Shown in pieces: positions 1 to 8,910 of a stretch of 64,000 nt of DNA (the stretch's first letter is position 1; every line of letters begins with the position of its first letter). Both the position numbers and the translations under genes were made by a program. The DNA is from an uncultured Holophagales bacterium (lineage in GTDB: Bacteria; Acidobacteriota; Thermoanaerobaculia; Multivoradales; UBA5704): positions 39,156 to 103,155 of the forward strand of contig CAWJGT010000022.1 in the NCBI GenBank assembly GCA_963842525.1, in the 5' to 3' direction. Below the pieces are notes generated by a model. It worked only from the letters and a program-made list of their open reading frames with translations. It did not search any database and was not told where the DNA came from.

Positions 1-1018
1 GGACGAAGTCTGGCGCGAGCTCGAGGGCGTCCCGGGCGTCGCCGGGCGGGAAGAACCCTAGCTCCCGCTTCGCCTGGGCCGCGTACCCTTCGGCCATCTC
101 CCGGACCTCCTCCAGCGTCCCCTCGGCGCGCACCAGGCCGAGGATCTCCTCCGGCGCGACGCGGGAGAAGCTGCGGTCCTCGAGAACCATCTCGACCCGC
201 CGCCGGTCGGCCGTGGCCACGCGCGGCAGCAGCAGGAGGAGCGGCAGCGTGAGCTTGCCCTCTTTCAAATCCGAGAGCACCGGCTTGCCGAGCTCGCTCT
301 CGCGTGCCGTGAAGTCGAGAAGGTCATCCACGAGCTGGAAACAGGTGCCGAGGGCGCGGCCGTAGCGGGCGAGGATCTGGCCGGCGTCCGGGCGCTGCGG
401 CGGGATCAGGCTGGGGATCGAGCAGGCGGCGGCGAAGAGGTATGCCGTCTTGCGGTCGATGATCGAGAAGTACTCGTCGACCGGCAGGTCGACGGCGCCG
501 AGGCGCTGGAAGGCGAGCAGCTCCCCTTCGGTCATGCGCAGCGTGGCATCGCAGAGGCGGCGGATGACCTCGATCTCGCCGTGGTGCAGCGCCATCTGCA
601 TCGCCTTGGTGTAGAGCCAGTCGCCCAGCAGGACTGTCAGGTTGTTCCCCCACAGGTTGTTGAGCGTGGGCTGGCCGCGCCGCAGCGACGCGTGGTCGAT
701 GATGTCGTCGTGGATCAGCGTGGCGGTATGAATGAGCTCGATGACCGCGCCATAGGTGACCTCCTCGTCGCTGTCGTGCCCGAGCAGGCGGGCCGAGAGG
801 AGCAGCAGTGCGGGGCGGATGCGCTTGCCGCCGCCCTGGGAGATGTAGTCGCCCGCCAGGTGGATGAAGGGGACGTCCGAGTCGAGGTTCTCGCGGAAGA
901 CCTCCTCGGTGGCCACCAGCTTGTCGGCGATCAGCTCGAGGAAGCGGGCGGCGAGGGCCCGCGGCGGGACGGTGTCCTCCGGAGGAGGCGCGATATTGGT
1001 GAGCGGTTGGTTCTGCAC
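1..1018 (-). CDS. Polyprenyl synthetase family protein (octaprenyl-PP synthase-like), 3' end outside window
   Basis: Manual translation gives GGKRIRP, ELIHTATLIHDDIID..RRG (FARM), RKTAYLF and FQLVDDLLD (SARM); GTG start at 1018 inferred. Confidence 0.93.
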   Translation of the reverse strand, partial: MQNQPLTNIAPPPEDTVPPRALAARFLELIADKLVATEEVFRENLDSDVPFIHLAGDYISQGGGKRIRPALLLLSARLLGHDSDEEVTYGAVIELIHTATLIHDDIIDHASLRRGQPTLNNLWGNNLTVLLGDWLYTKAMQMALHHGEIEVIRRLCDATLRMTEGELLAFQRLGAVDLPVDEYFSIIDRKTAYLFAAACSIPSLIPPQRPDAGQILARYGRALGTCFQLVDDLLDFTARESELGKPVLSDLKEGKLTLPLLLLLPRVATADRRRVEMVLEDRSFSRVAPEEILGLVRAEGTLEEVREMAEGYAAQAKRELGFFPPGDARDALELAPDFV

Positions 1019-1048
1019 CTGGGGTGGTCCTTGGAGGGGGTTGGCCCG

Positions 1049-1720
1049 TCAGGGATCCTTGACGGGTTCGAACGGGACCACCTGCTCCAGGCGGCCGTCC
1101 CGGAAGCGGTAGACGCGGCCGGCGTCGAAATACCACCAGGAGACCTCCATCCACCCGGGATACTGCACCCGCTCCACCTTGTCGGGACGGCCCATCTCGC
1201 CATAGACCCGCTGCTCGTCGGCGCTCTTCACCGAGGCCATGAACTCGCGCAGCGCGCGGACGAACTGCGAATTCTGGACGACGATCGCCGAGACCACCGG
1301 GCTGCCCGCCAGGGCGCGCCGGGTCACGTCCGTCCGCTCGAGCTCCTCCAGGCGCTCGTCCTGCGCCTTGCGCACGGGCACGCCGACGACCAGCTCGAAA
1401 TGGTTGAAATAGCTGTCCCAGGGCCAGTCCAGGGAGTACTCTCCCTGGCCGTTGGTCGTCGTGCTCACCCGCCGCATCTCGGCCTGCTCGCGCCGCAGGT
1501 GGCGCAGGCTGAAATACGTGCGGGAGGCTTCGAGGGCCACCCGCACATTGGCGAGCGGCTGCCCCTCGCGGTCGGTGACCACGCCGGTGAACTGAACGCG
1601 CTCTCCCTGGGCATACGAGGCCGCGGCGAGCGGCGAGATGCTCGGCATCAGGCCGGTCGCGAGCAGCGAGGCGACCAGCAGGAGCCGGAGGAGCGGGGAC
1701 TTCTGGGAGCGGGCTCTCAC
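1049..1720 (-). CDS. Exported protein with carboxypeptidase-regulatory-like domain
   Basis: Signal peptide, GVVTDREGQPLANVRV motif, C-terminal MGRPDKVE..WWYF; overlaps yajQ stop. Confidence 0.7.
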   Translation of the reverse strand: MRARSQKSPLLRLLLVASLLATGLMPSISPLAAASYAQGERVQFTGVVTDREGQPLANVRVALEASRTYFSLRHLRREQAEMRRVSTTTNGQGEYSLDWPWDSYFNHFELVVGVPVRKAQDERLEELERTDVTRRALAGSPVVSAIVVQNSQFVRALREFMASVKSADEQRVYGEMGRPDKVERVQYPGWMEVSWWYFDAGRVYRFRDGRLEQVVPFEPVKDP

Positions 1721-2214
1721 GTCGATCGGTAATTGGTGAACGTGAGTGGAAGGTCGAGGTCGAGCGCCTTGAGCGCCGCGATGACCGTCTGGAGGTCGTC
1801 GCGGTTCTTGCCGGACACCCGGACGGTGTCGCCCTGGATGGCAGCCTGCACCTTGAGCTTCTTCGCCTTGATCTCGGCGACGAGCTTGCGGGCCGTCTCC
1901 TGGGGGATCCCCTGCTGCAGCGTGATCTTCTGGCGCGCCCGGCCGCCGCTCGCCGGCTCGACCTTGCCGTAGCGCAGCGACTTCAGATTGACGCCGCGCT
2001 TGACCAGCTTGGTCTTGAGCACCTCTAAAGACTGCTCCAGCGAGAACTCGTCGGCCGCCTCGACCGTGATCTCCTCCTTCTCGAAGCGGAGCTCGGCCGC
2101 AGCCTTCTTGAGGTCATAGCGGTTGGCGATCTCCTTGTCCGCCTGATTGAAGGCATTGCGGACCTCCTGGAGGTCCACCTCGGAGACGACGTCGAACGAG
2201 TTCTCAGCGGCCAT
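1717..2214 (-). CDS. yajQ: YajQ family cyclic-di-GMP/nucleotide-binding protein
   Basis: SFDVVSEVDLQEV..KVQAAIQGDTVRVSGKNRDDLQ..FTNYR. Confidence 0.97.
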   Translation of the reverse strand: MAAENSFDVVSEVDLQEVRNAFNQADKEIANRYDLKKAAAELRFEKEEITVEAADEFSLEQSLEVLKTKLVKRGVNLKSLRYGKVEPASGGRARQKITLQQGIPQETARKLVAEIKAKKLKVQAAIQGDTVRVSGKNRDDLQTVIAALKALDLDLPLTFTNYRST

Positions 2215-2294
2215 ATCTCAGTCGGGCTCAGTCACTTCGATCGAACCAGCAGGAACCAGGAGCCCGATCGCTGGAGGTGATTATACTTGATCCG

Positions 2295-2502
2295 GACCTC
2301 ACCCCCTGTCCCCCTCTCCCATCGCCCCCCCTTCCCCCGGGAGAGGGGGAACGCAGGCGGAGCTATCTTCGTTCTGTGCAGCCGTCTTTCAACAGAATCT
2401 CTGTGGAGCCAGGGCTTCGGCTTCTCCCCTGGAGCCTCCTCAACGTCCCCCCTCTCCCGGTCGGTGGGGGGGCGATGGGAGAGGGGGACAGGGGGTGAGG
2501 TC
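2295..2502. repeat. Family-1 palindromic repeat (MITE/REP-like), full copy
   Basis: Terminal IR GACCTCACCCCCTGTCCCCCTCTCCCATCGCCCCCCC and its reverse complement; core similar to the 27236-27432 copy. Confidence 0.9.
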
Positions 2503-3130
2503 ACCCTTCCCACCGGATGCCGGTCGGCGGCGAGAACTGCCCCTGGCGCGGAACGCCTCGGTAGTCCTTGATCTCGAAGCGCGTGAGGTTCCCCTCCCGG
2601 TCGTGGTAGGAGACCGCGATCAGGCGCCGGTTTTCGGCGTCGACGGTCAGCGTGGCGTCCGCCAGCTCGTCGACCTTGCCCTTGGGCGACAGCGCGACCT
2701 CGACCCGGCTGCCGTCGAGCGGCTTGCTGATGGCCGTGTAGCGGCCCTTGAGCTCTTCGACGCCGAGCAGCAGCAGGTCGAGGCCCGGCTCGTTCTTGCG
2801 GTCGATCCGGTAGCGCCGGCCGGTCTGGTCCTGCGGGTTCCAGGAATGGGCGACGCCGCCGCAGAGCAGGAAGCTCTTGGGGTATGGCTCCTGATAGTCC
2901 CACCGCAGGCAGTCTGGCAGGGCCAGGGCCAGGCGGCCGGACTCCTTCTCGCCCGACGAGAACCCGGCGGGGATGTACGTCTGTGTGAACGTGGCGCCGG
3001 TCGGTCCGGCCTCCACCAGGCTCTCGCGAACCCCTGCGAGCACCTGCCAGGGATCGGAGCCCTGGGCCGAAGCGAAAACAGCCGTCGCCAGAGCGGCGAC
3101 GGTCAGGATCAGGACGTGCTTTCTCATCAT
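2501..3130 (-). CDS. lolA: Outer-membrane lipoprotein carrier LolA family protein
   Basis: Signal peptide MMRKHVLILTVAA, ATFTQTY..ESGRLALALPDCLRWDYQEP; the longer ORF start lies inside a repeat. Confidence 0.8.
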   Translation of the reverse strand: MMRKHVLILTVAALATAVFASAQGSDPWQVLAGVRESLVEAGPTGATFTQTYIPAGFSSGEKESGRLALALPDCLRWDYQEPYPKSFLLCGGVAHSWNPQDQTGRRYRIDRKNEPGLDLLLLGVEELKGRYTAISKPLDGSRVEVALSPKGKVDELADATLTVDAENRRLIAVSYHDREGNLTRFEIKDYRGVPRQGQFSPPTGIRWEG

Positions 3131-3191
3131 CTCTTCCTCCACATGCACCTTCCGGCAGGGAAAACACGGGAGGACGGAGGAAGCTTCCCGG

Positions 3192-3354
3192 GGGCCCCTC
3201 ACCCCCGGCCCCTCTCCCATCCGCCCCCCCTTCCCCCGGGAGAGGGGAGCAAGGCTCATCCCCATTGCTGATTTCCTGCGTTTTCCTGGTTCCCCCCTCT
3301 CCCGGTGGGTTGGGAGTGCGGACGGGAGAGGGGGGTTAGGGGGGTGAGGGGCCC
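3192..3354. repeat. Family-1 palindromic repeat
   Basis: CCCCTCACCCCCGGCCCCTCTCCC...GGGAGAGGGGGGTTAGGGGGGTGAGGGG; abuts the purH stop codon. Confidence 0.88.
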
Positions 3355-4905
3355 TCAGTGCCGGAAGTGCCGCGTTCCCGTGAACAGCATCGCCACCCCC
3401 TGCTCGTCCGCCGCCGCGACCACCTCGTCGTCGCGCTTGCTGCCGCCGGGCTGGACCACCGCGGTGACGCCTGCGCGGGCGAGCACGTCAAGGCCGTCGC
3501 GGAACGGGAAGAAGGCGTCCGAGGCGGCGGCCGTGCCGGCGAGCGGGAGCTGTGCCTTCTCGACCGCCAGGCGGCACGAGTCGACCCGGCTCATCTGGCC
3601 CGCGCCGATCCCCACCGTCTGGTCGCCGTTGGCGATCACGATCGCATTCGATTTGACATAGCGCTCCACCTTCCAGGCGAGCTCCAGGGCCCGGCGTTCC
3701 TCGTCCGTGGGAGAGCGCCGGGTCGGGCAGGTCCAGGCGGACGGATCGTCCAGTAGGTCGTCCGGTGGCTGGGCGAGGAAGCCGCCCGCGACCGGCCGCA
3801 GCTCGAGGCGTCCCTCGCGAGGACGGTAGAGCGGGCACTCCAACAGGCGGAGGCTCTTCTTGACCGCAAAGCGCTCCCGCGCCACCGCGTCGAAACCTGG
3901 AGCGAGGAGCACCTCCACGAACAGATCGGCCAGCGCTTCGGCGAAAGCCCCGTCCACCGTCCCGTTCACCGCGATGATCGAGCCAAAGGCCGACACCGGG
4001 TCCGTGGCCAGGGCCCGGCGGTAGGCCGCCAGGAGGTCATCCCCGCGGCCGACGCCGCACGGATTGTTGTGCTTGACGATCACCACCGCCGGCTCGTCGA
4101 AGAGAGCCGCCATGCGGCGCGCGGCGTCGGCGTCCAGGAGGTTGTTCCAGGACAGCTCCTTGCCCTGGAGCTGGCGAAAGCCGCCGAGCACGCCGCCTCC
4201 GCCGGACCGGGCATAGACCGCGCCGGCCTGGTGCGGGTTCTCGCCATAGCGCAGGTCCATCTCGCGTTCGAGCTGGAGATGGAGAACGAGCGGCATCTCC
4301 TCCTCCAGGTCCACGTCCTCCTCATGGGCCAGCCAGACGGCGACCGCCTCGTCATAGAGCTGCGTATGGCGGAAGGCCTTGACCGCGAGATGCCGGCGCA
4401 GCGTCTGGGGGAGAGCGCCGCCGGCGGATTCGAGCATCCGCAGCACCTCGCCATAGTCGGCGGGGTCCACCACCACTCCGACGCTGGCGAAGTTCTTGGC
4501 CGCGGCGCGGATCATCGCGGGGCCGCCGACGTCGATCATCTCGATCGCCTGCGCGAACGAGGCTCCGGTGGCGACCGTCTGCTGGAACGGATAGAGGTTG
4601 ACCACCACGAGGTCGATGGGGGAGATCCCGTGCTCGGCGAGCTGGCCGGCGTGAGAGGGGACGGCGCGGTCGGCGAGGATGCCGCCATGGATGCGCGGGT
4701 GGAGCGTCTTGACGCGGCCGTCGAGGATCTCGGGGAACCCGGTGACGTCCGAGACCGCGGTCGCGGGGATCCCCTTCTCCTGGAGGAAGCGGAGCGTGCC
4801 GCCCGTCGAGAGGATCTCGATTCCGAGGCGTCCGAGGCCGCGGGCCAGCTCCTCCAGGCCGGACTTGTCGAACACGGAGATCAGGGCACGGCGTGCCGGC
4901 TGCAT
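3355..4905 (-). CDS. purH: Bifunctional AICAR formyltransferase/IMP cyclohydrolase
   Basis: [39 protein letters not shown]. Confidence 0.99.
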   Translation of the reverse strand: MQPARRALISVFDKSGLEELARGLGRLGIEILSTGGTLRFLQEKGIPATAVSDVTGFPEILDGRVKTLHPRIHGGILADRAVPSHAGQLAEHGISPIDLVVVNLYPFQQTVATGASFAQAIEMIDVGGPAMIRAAAKNFASVGVVVDPADYGEVLRMLESAGGALPQTLRRHLAVKAFRHTQLYDEAVAVWLAHEEDVDLEEEMPLVLHLQLEREMDLRYGENPHQAGAVYARSGGGGVLGGFRQLQGKELSWNNLLDADAARRMAALFDEPAVVIVKHNNPCGVGRGDDLLAAYRRALATDPVSAFGSIIAVNGTVDGAFAEALADLFVEVLLAPGFDAVARERFAVKKSLRLLECPLYRPREGRLELRPVAGGFLAQPPDDLLDDPSAWTCPTRRSPTDEERRALELAWKVERYVKSNAIVIANGDQTVGIGAGQMSRVDSCRLAVEKAQLPLAGTAAASDAFFPFRDGLDVLARAGVTAVVQPGGSKRDDEVVAAADEQGVAMLFTGTRHFRH

Positions 4906-4938
4906 CGTCGAAGCTCCTCCGGGAGCCGTGGGGATGGA

Positions 4939-5724
4939 TCAGCGGGCGCGGATCGCCCGCGGCAGGACGAACAAACGTTGGCCGCCCACCACGCTCGTCC
5001 GCTCGTCAGCGCCCCCCGCGGCAAGCCAAATATAGCGCAGCGTCAAGGCGACGTCGGTCACCGCGTGGCTGAACGACAGCGAGGCGACGCCGAAGGCGCT
5101 GGACCGGTCGTCGAACCGGCCGAGGCCGGAGGCGAACCCGATGCGCCGGTACTCGCGGCCGACCTGCGCATAGAGAGACCGGCTGCGGCGCAGCGTCTCG
5201 GCGAGCAGCGGCGCGACGCCGTTGCCGCCATCGGCGCCTGGGCGGGCACCGTAGAACACCAGGGGAAAGCGCGGCTCCGCGCTCTGGGCATAGCGTAGAT
5301 AGTCGACGAAATACCGGCCCTCCTCGGGATCGGCCGCCGAAGCCGCCAGCGGGTTGTTGGCATCGGCCACATAGTGGGAAACCACCCCAAGGCGCCGCAC
5401 GATCTCGGCGAACGGCCGATGCGACCGGATCGCCTCGATAGCCCCCTGAACCTCCTCCTGAAGCACGCGATCGAGCGAGCCCGCCCCGTCGGCGTTCTTC
5501 ATATGCCGGCCCGGGTCCTGATCCTGGAACGGAGCCACCGCCCCGGCCTCCATCTCGCGCCGGTGCTTGTCGATCTGCCGAGCCAGGTCCGGAGGCGCCA
5601 AACGAGCCGCCTCGCGGGCGATCGACACCTGCGTCTCGGGAGTCCACGCCGAGGCCGGGAGGGGGAGGGCAAACAGGGACACGAGGGCCGGGAGCACGCC
5701 AGGGAAGAACTGCAGCCGCCGCAT
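4939..5724 (-). CDS. Secreted protein, phospholipase C/S1-P1 nuclease-like fold (divergent)
   Basis: Signal peptide ending ASA-W; LGVVSHYVADANNPL resembles the HYxxD motif. Confidence 0.55.
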   Translation of the reverse strand: MRRLQFFPGVLPALVSLFALPLPASAWTPETQVSIAREAARLAPPDLARQIDKHRREMEAGAVAPFQDQDPGRHMKNADGAGSLDRVLQEEVQGAIEAIRSHRPFAEIVRRLGVVSHYVADANNPLAASAADPEEGRYFVDYLRYAQSAEPRFPLVFYGARPGADGGNGVAPLLAETLRRSRSLYAQVGREYRRIGFASGLGRFDDRSSAFGVASLSFSHAVTDVALTLRYIWLAAGGADERTSVVGGQRLFVLPRAIRAR

Positions 5725-5804
5725 GATGGGCCTTATTGTAAAGCAGGATTGTAAGGCAGGCCCGTATCTGAAAAGATCCCCCGGCTCTCGCGAGGAGCCT
5801 TGCC

Positions 5805-6052
5805 GTGCCCCCCGACCGCTATCGCCTCGACGTCACCGGCACCTTCTGCCCCCTGCCGATCCTCCTTTCGGCGCGGGAGATCCGGAAGCTCCGTCCCGGC
5901 GACCTCCTGGAGATCCTGGGCGACGACCCCGGCATCCTGGAAGACATGCCCGTCTGGTGCGAAAGAGCCGGCCACCGCCTGGTCGAGATGGTGGAAGAGG
6001 GGGGACGATCCGGTCCCTGGTGGAGAAGGGCCAGCCGAAGCCGCGCCGCTGA
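5805..6052 (+). CDS. tusA: Sulfurtransferase TusA family protein (frameshift in G-run ~6000)
   Basis: LDVTGTFCPLPIL..DDPG..DMPVWC; the proper C-terminus GGTIRSLVEKG is in another frame ending at 6052. Confidence 0.85.
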
Positions 6053-6113
6053 TCCGGAATGCATCCGCTCCCGGACCTGTTCTCAGACCGGGGGAGACTG
6101 CGCCGCCCGGCGC

Positions 6114-6142
6114 TTGACTTGGGGCTCCGCCCCTGGTAGAAA
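6114..6142 (+). promoter_or_regulatory. Putative sigma70 promoter of tRNA-Phe
   Basis: TTGACT-17 bp-TAGAAA with TG extension, ~27 nt before the tRNA. Confidence 0.5.
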
Positions 6143-6169
6143 TCCTCCCCTTGAGGCCGTCCGGCCTCT

Positions 6170-6245
6170 GCCCAGGTAGCTCAGTTGGTAGAGCACGTGA
6201 CTGAAAATCACGGTGTCGGCAGTTCAATTCTGTCCCTGGGCACCA
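6170..6245 (+). tRNA. tRNA-Phe (GAA)
   Basis: 76 nt; GCCCAGG/CCTGGGC acceptor stem, anticodon loop CTGAAAA, GTTCAA T-loop, encoded CCA. Confidence 0.98.
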
Positions 6246-6341
6246 GCTAAACTCAACAACCAAAACTATTTATTCGCCTCCTTCGGGGATATCTCCGGCC
6301 GCCCTTTTCGGGCCTGGGGACTCGTTCGAAGAGCGTTGGAC

Positions 6342-6440
6342 CTAAGTCCTATGGCGCTTACCCGGCATGCCGGTCAAGGTGGCGTAGACCTCGGCGAGGC
6401 TGTGCGCGCCGCAGCAGGAGCCTTTTTTCCCGAAGCGGCC
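6342..6440 (-). pseudogene. PIN/VapC-like toxin gene remnant
   Basis: Manual translation GRFGKKGSCCGAHSLAEVYATLTGMPGKR resembles the PIN-domain HSLAEVYATLT segment; no start or full ORF. Confidence 0.5.
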
Positions 6441-6489
6441 ATATGGCGGCGCAAAGGCCCGGCGGGCCTCACAGACAACGGCAGCGGGT

Positions 6490-6940
6490 CACGCAGTATC
6501 CGCTTGCCCGGCGCAAAGAAGCGCTCAGTGCGCCGTTGGATGACTAGAGTGCGCCGCAAATCCATCCTTTGCGACTCTTTATCGATAATTTGCGACGGCA
6601 AAACCTTCTGTCGTCGTGCTGTTGGCGCACAGCGAAGCGGTGAGCGCCCATTTTGCGCCGCTGTGCGACTCTATTGCGCCGTCGCGGGTCTACGTGCGAC
6701 GGTGCAGCGCTTCGTCGTGGCGCAAAACCCATCCAGGAATCGAGGAAGGCTTATCGAGGCGCGAAGGATCGATCCAGTGCGACGCGAGATCGATCTTTGC
6801 ACCGCTGAATCGCTATCGCGTCGCACTGAATCGCTTCTTTGCGCCGAGGCATCGATTGAGTGCGCTGCTGAATGGCTGGCTCGGCGCAAAGGAAGCTCCG
6901 TTTGCGACGTTCGGCGCGAAGTGCTCGGCGCGGCGCGCAG
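6490..6940. repeat. Degenerate ~21-bp-period tandem array
   Basis: TGCG(C/A)C-like motif recurs at 6529, 6550, 6570, 6591, 6654, 6675, 6695, 6778, 6840, 6861, 6903. Confidence 0.6.
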
Positions 6941-6964
6941 GATCGCGGCGGGCTCCAGGTGATA

Positions 6965-7087
6965 GCAAGGCGACGGCGCCAGGATGGCGAGGACCAGCAG
7001 GCGCTCGTCGCCGGTGTTGCGGATGCCGTGGAGGACCCCCCTAGTGCCGCCCTGCTGGAGGTGCCAGCCTCCTATTCGGTTGCTCAC
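6965..7087 (-). pseudogene. Cupin-domain C-terminal remnant
   Basis: GVLHGIRNTGDERLLVLAILAP is a typical second cupin motif; first motif absent. Confidence 0.55.
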
Positions 7088-7166
7088 GCGTTCCTTTCGA
7101 CCTCCTGCTCCGCCAGGGGATCTACGGCGCCCGCGCCCTGCGGGTACGGTGAGCGGGCCTCGCAGG

Positions 7167-7406
7167 CTACCCCGGGCAGAAGGGCGCGCCGCAGAAGGAG
7201 AACAGGTACACCCACTCGCCGCCGATGCATTGGTACCGCTCCTTCGGGGTCGACATCCCGTCCTCGCAGCCGCAGGTGGGGCCGACGGTCACGTTCTTGA
7301 ACTGTCCTTCGGTGCACTGGGAGGACTGCGCGGCCGGCACCTGGATCTGGAAGACCGCCGCAAATAGAAGCAAGGCAACAGCGAGCCGGATTGTCGATCT
7401 CCTCAT
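7167..7406 (-). CDS. Small secreted cysteine-rich peptide (79 aa, 6 Cys)
   Basis: RBS AAAGGAG, ATG, signal peptide MRRSTIRLAVALLLFAAVFQIQVPAA, Cys-rich mature part. Confidence 0.7.
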   Translation of the reverse strand: MRRSTIRLAVALLLFAAVFQIQVPAAQSSQCTEGQFKNVTVGPTCGCEDGMSTPKERYQCIGGEWVYLFSFCGAPFCPG

Positions 7407-7575
7407 CGCTTCTCCTTTCACGAAATGGCAGCTCCGGAGGAGCCTCCATAAGAAAGAGGTGCGGCGAGCCGGCGAAAACGAGCCCGAGATAGGTACCAGC
7501 CACTTATTCTGGAACAGGACAACCCGCATCCACACAGCCCTTACGGCGACGACGCAATCCCAGGAGGACCAGAGC

Positions 7576-7704
7576 CTACCCGGGGCCGTCCTTCATCGGA
7601 GTCTGGCCGGGATTGTCCACGTGTTGTGCACCCTTGGCGGACGGCAGGTCCTTCTCCTGGACCGGCGTGACGTTCTCGCGGCCCGGCTTCTCGCTCTTTT
7701 TCAT
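7576..7704 (-). CDS. 42-aa peptide with double-glycine-type leader-like motif
   Basis: RBS GGGAGG; MKKSEKPGRENVTPVQEKDLPSAKGA-QHVDNPGQTPMKDGPG. Confidence 0.5.
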   Translation of the reverse strand: MKKSEKPGRENVTPVQEKDLPSAKGAQHVDNPGQTPMKDGPG

Positions 7705-7828
7705 TTTCGCCTCCCTGGAAGATACGGCTGATTCTACTCCCTCAGCGCCCGATCGCCCCCTCGCTGGCAGCACCGGTGGAGTCTCGGGCGCTTTCGATAA
7801 CGGCTGTGCGGCATATCATGGGCGCGTC

Positions 7829-8906
7829 ATGTCCGAATCCTTGATGCAAGGGCGGGGCAAGGGGTGGATGTACGCCGCGGCGTGGCTGCCCTTCCTGACC
7901 ATCTATGTGGCGGCCTTCACCGCCAACGACGTCCCGCTGCAGCTCGCGGTGCGCAACGTCCTCGCGACGGTCCTGCCCCAGGCGTTGCTCGGCGCGCTGG
8001 TCCTGCGGCTGCCGCGGCGGCTGCCGTGGCCCGAGGTGAGCAGGGTCCGCTTCTTCTCGGCGCACCTCGGGCTTCTGCTCGCTTTCATTCTCGCCTCGAC
8101 CGCCGGGTGGATCGCACTGGTGAGGCTCGACGCGCACCTGTTCGGCGGCTCCTTCGATCCAGGGCTTCATCTGCGTATTTTGCCGTGGCGAGTCCTCAAC
8201 GACCTGCTCATCTATTGCACCCTCGCCGGGCTTTCCTATGCATGGCACAACGCGGCCGCCAGCCGTGAGCAGGCGGCGCGCGCAGCCCGCGCCGAGACCA
8301 TGCGTGCGCGAGCGGAAGCTCGAAGCCCTGCGGAGTCAGCTCAATCCCCACTTCATCCTCAACACCTTCCACGCGCTGATCGGCCTGGTGCGGCGCGAGC
8401 CCGCGGTCGCGGAGGCGGCGTTGGAGCGGCTGGGCGACCTGCTGCGCTACAGCCTCCGCATCCAGCGCGAGAGCCTGGATGAGATGACCCTGCGTGATGA
8501 GTGGTCGTTCGTCCAGAGCTATCTGGACCTCGAGCGTCTGCGGCTCGGAGACCGGCTGCGCGTGAGCTTCGAGGCCGCGGCGGCCACGCTGGACTGCCTC
8601 GTACCGAGCTTCGCCCTCCAGACCCTGGTCGAGAACGCCATCCGGCATGCCATTGCCCCGCGCGCCGAAGGCGGGCATCTGGCGGTCAGCGCGCATCAGG
8701 TGGATGGCCGGCTGAGGATCGAAGTGGAAGACGACGGGCCGGGAGACTCCGCACAGCCGCCTGCCGAGAGCCACAGGCTCGGTCTGCGGCTTCTCCAGGA
8801 ACCTCTCCCGCCACCCCAGCCGGGAGAGGGGCGCCACCACCCGTCGATTTTCCCCCTCTCCCGGGGTGGGCGGGAGGCGTGGCGGGAGAGGGGGCCAGGG
8901 GGGTGA
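7829..8906 (+). pseudogene. LytS/YehU-type sensor histidine kinase, frameshifted (~8315), C-terminus replaced by repeat
   Basis: TM helices, LRSQLNPHFILNTF, LQTLVENAIRH, VEDDGPG; after LGLRLLQE the frame runs into family-1 repeat sequence. Confidence 0.85.
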
Positions 8907-8910
8907 GGGC
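8800..8910. repeat. Family-1 palindromic repeat (left end truncated)
   Basis: CCTCTCCC..GGGAGAGGGG...GGGAGAGGGGGCCAGGGGGGTGAGGGC abutting the TonB-receptor stop. Confidence 0.85.

Noticed and set aside
6246-8910. Intact integrative element at tRNA-Phe
   Set aside because: No integrase and no duplicated tRNA 3' end found; only remnants
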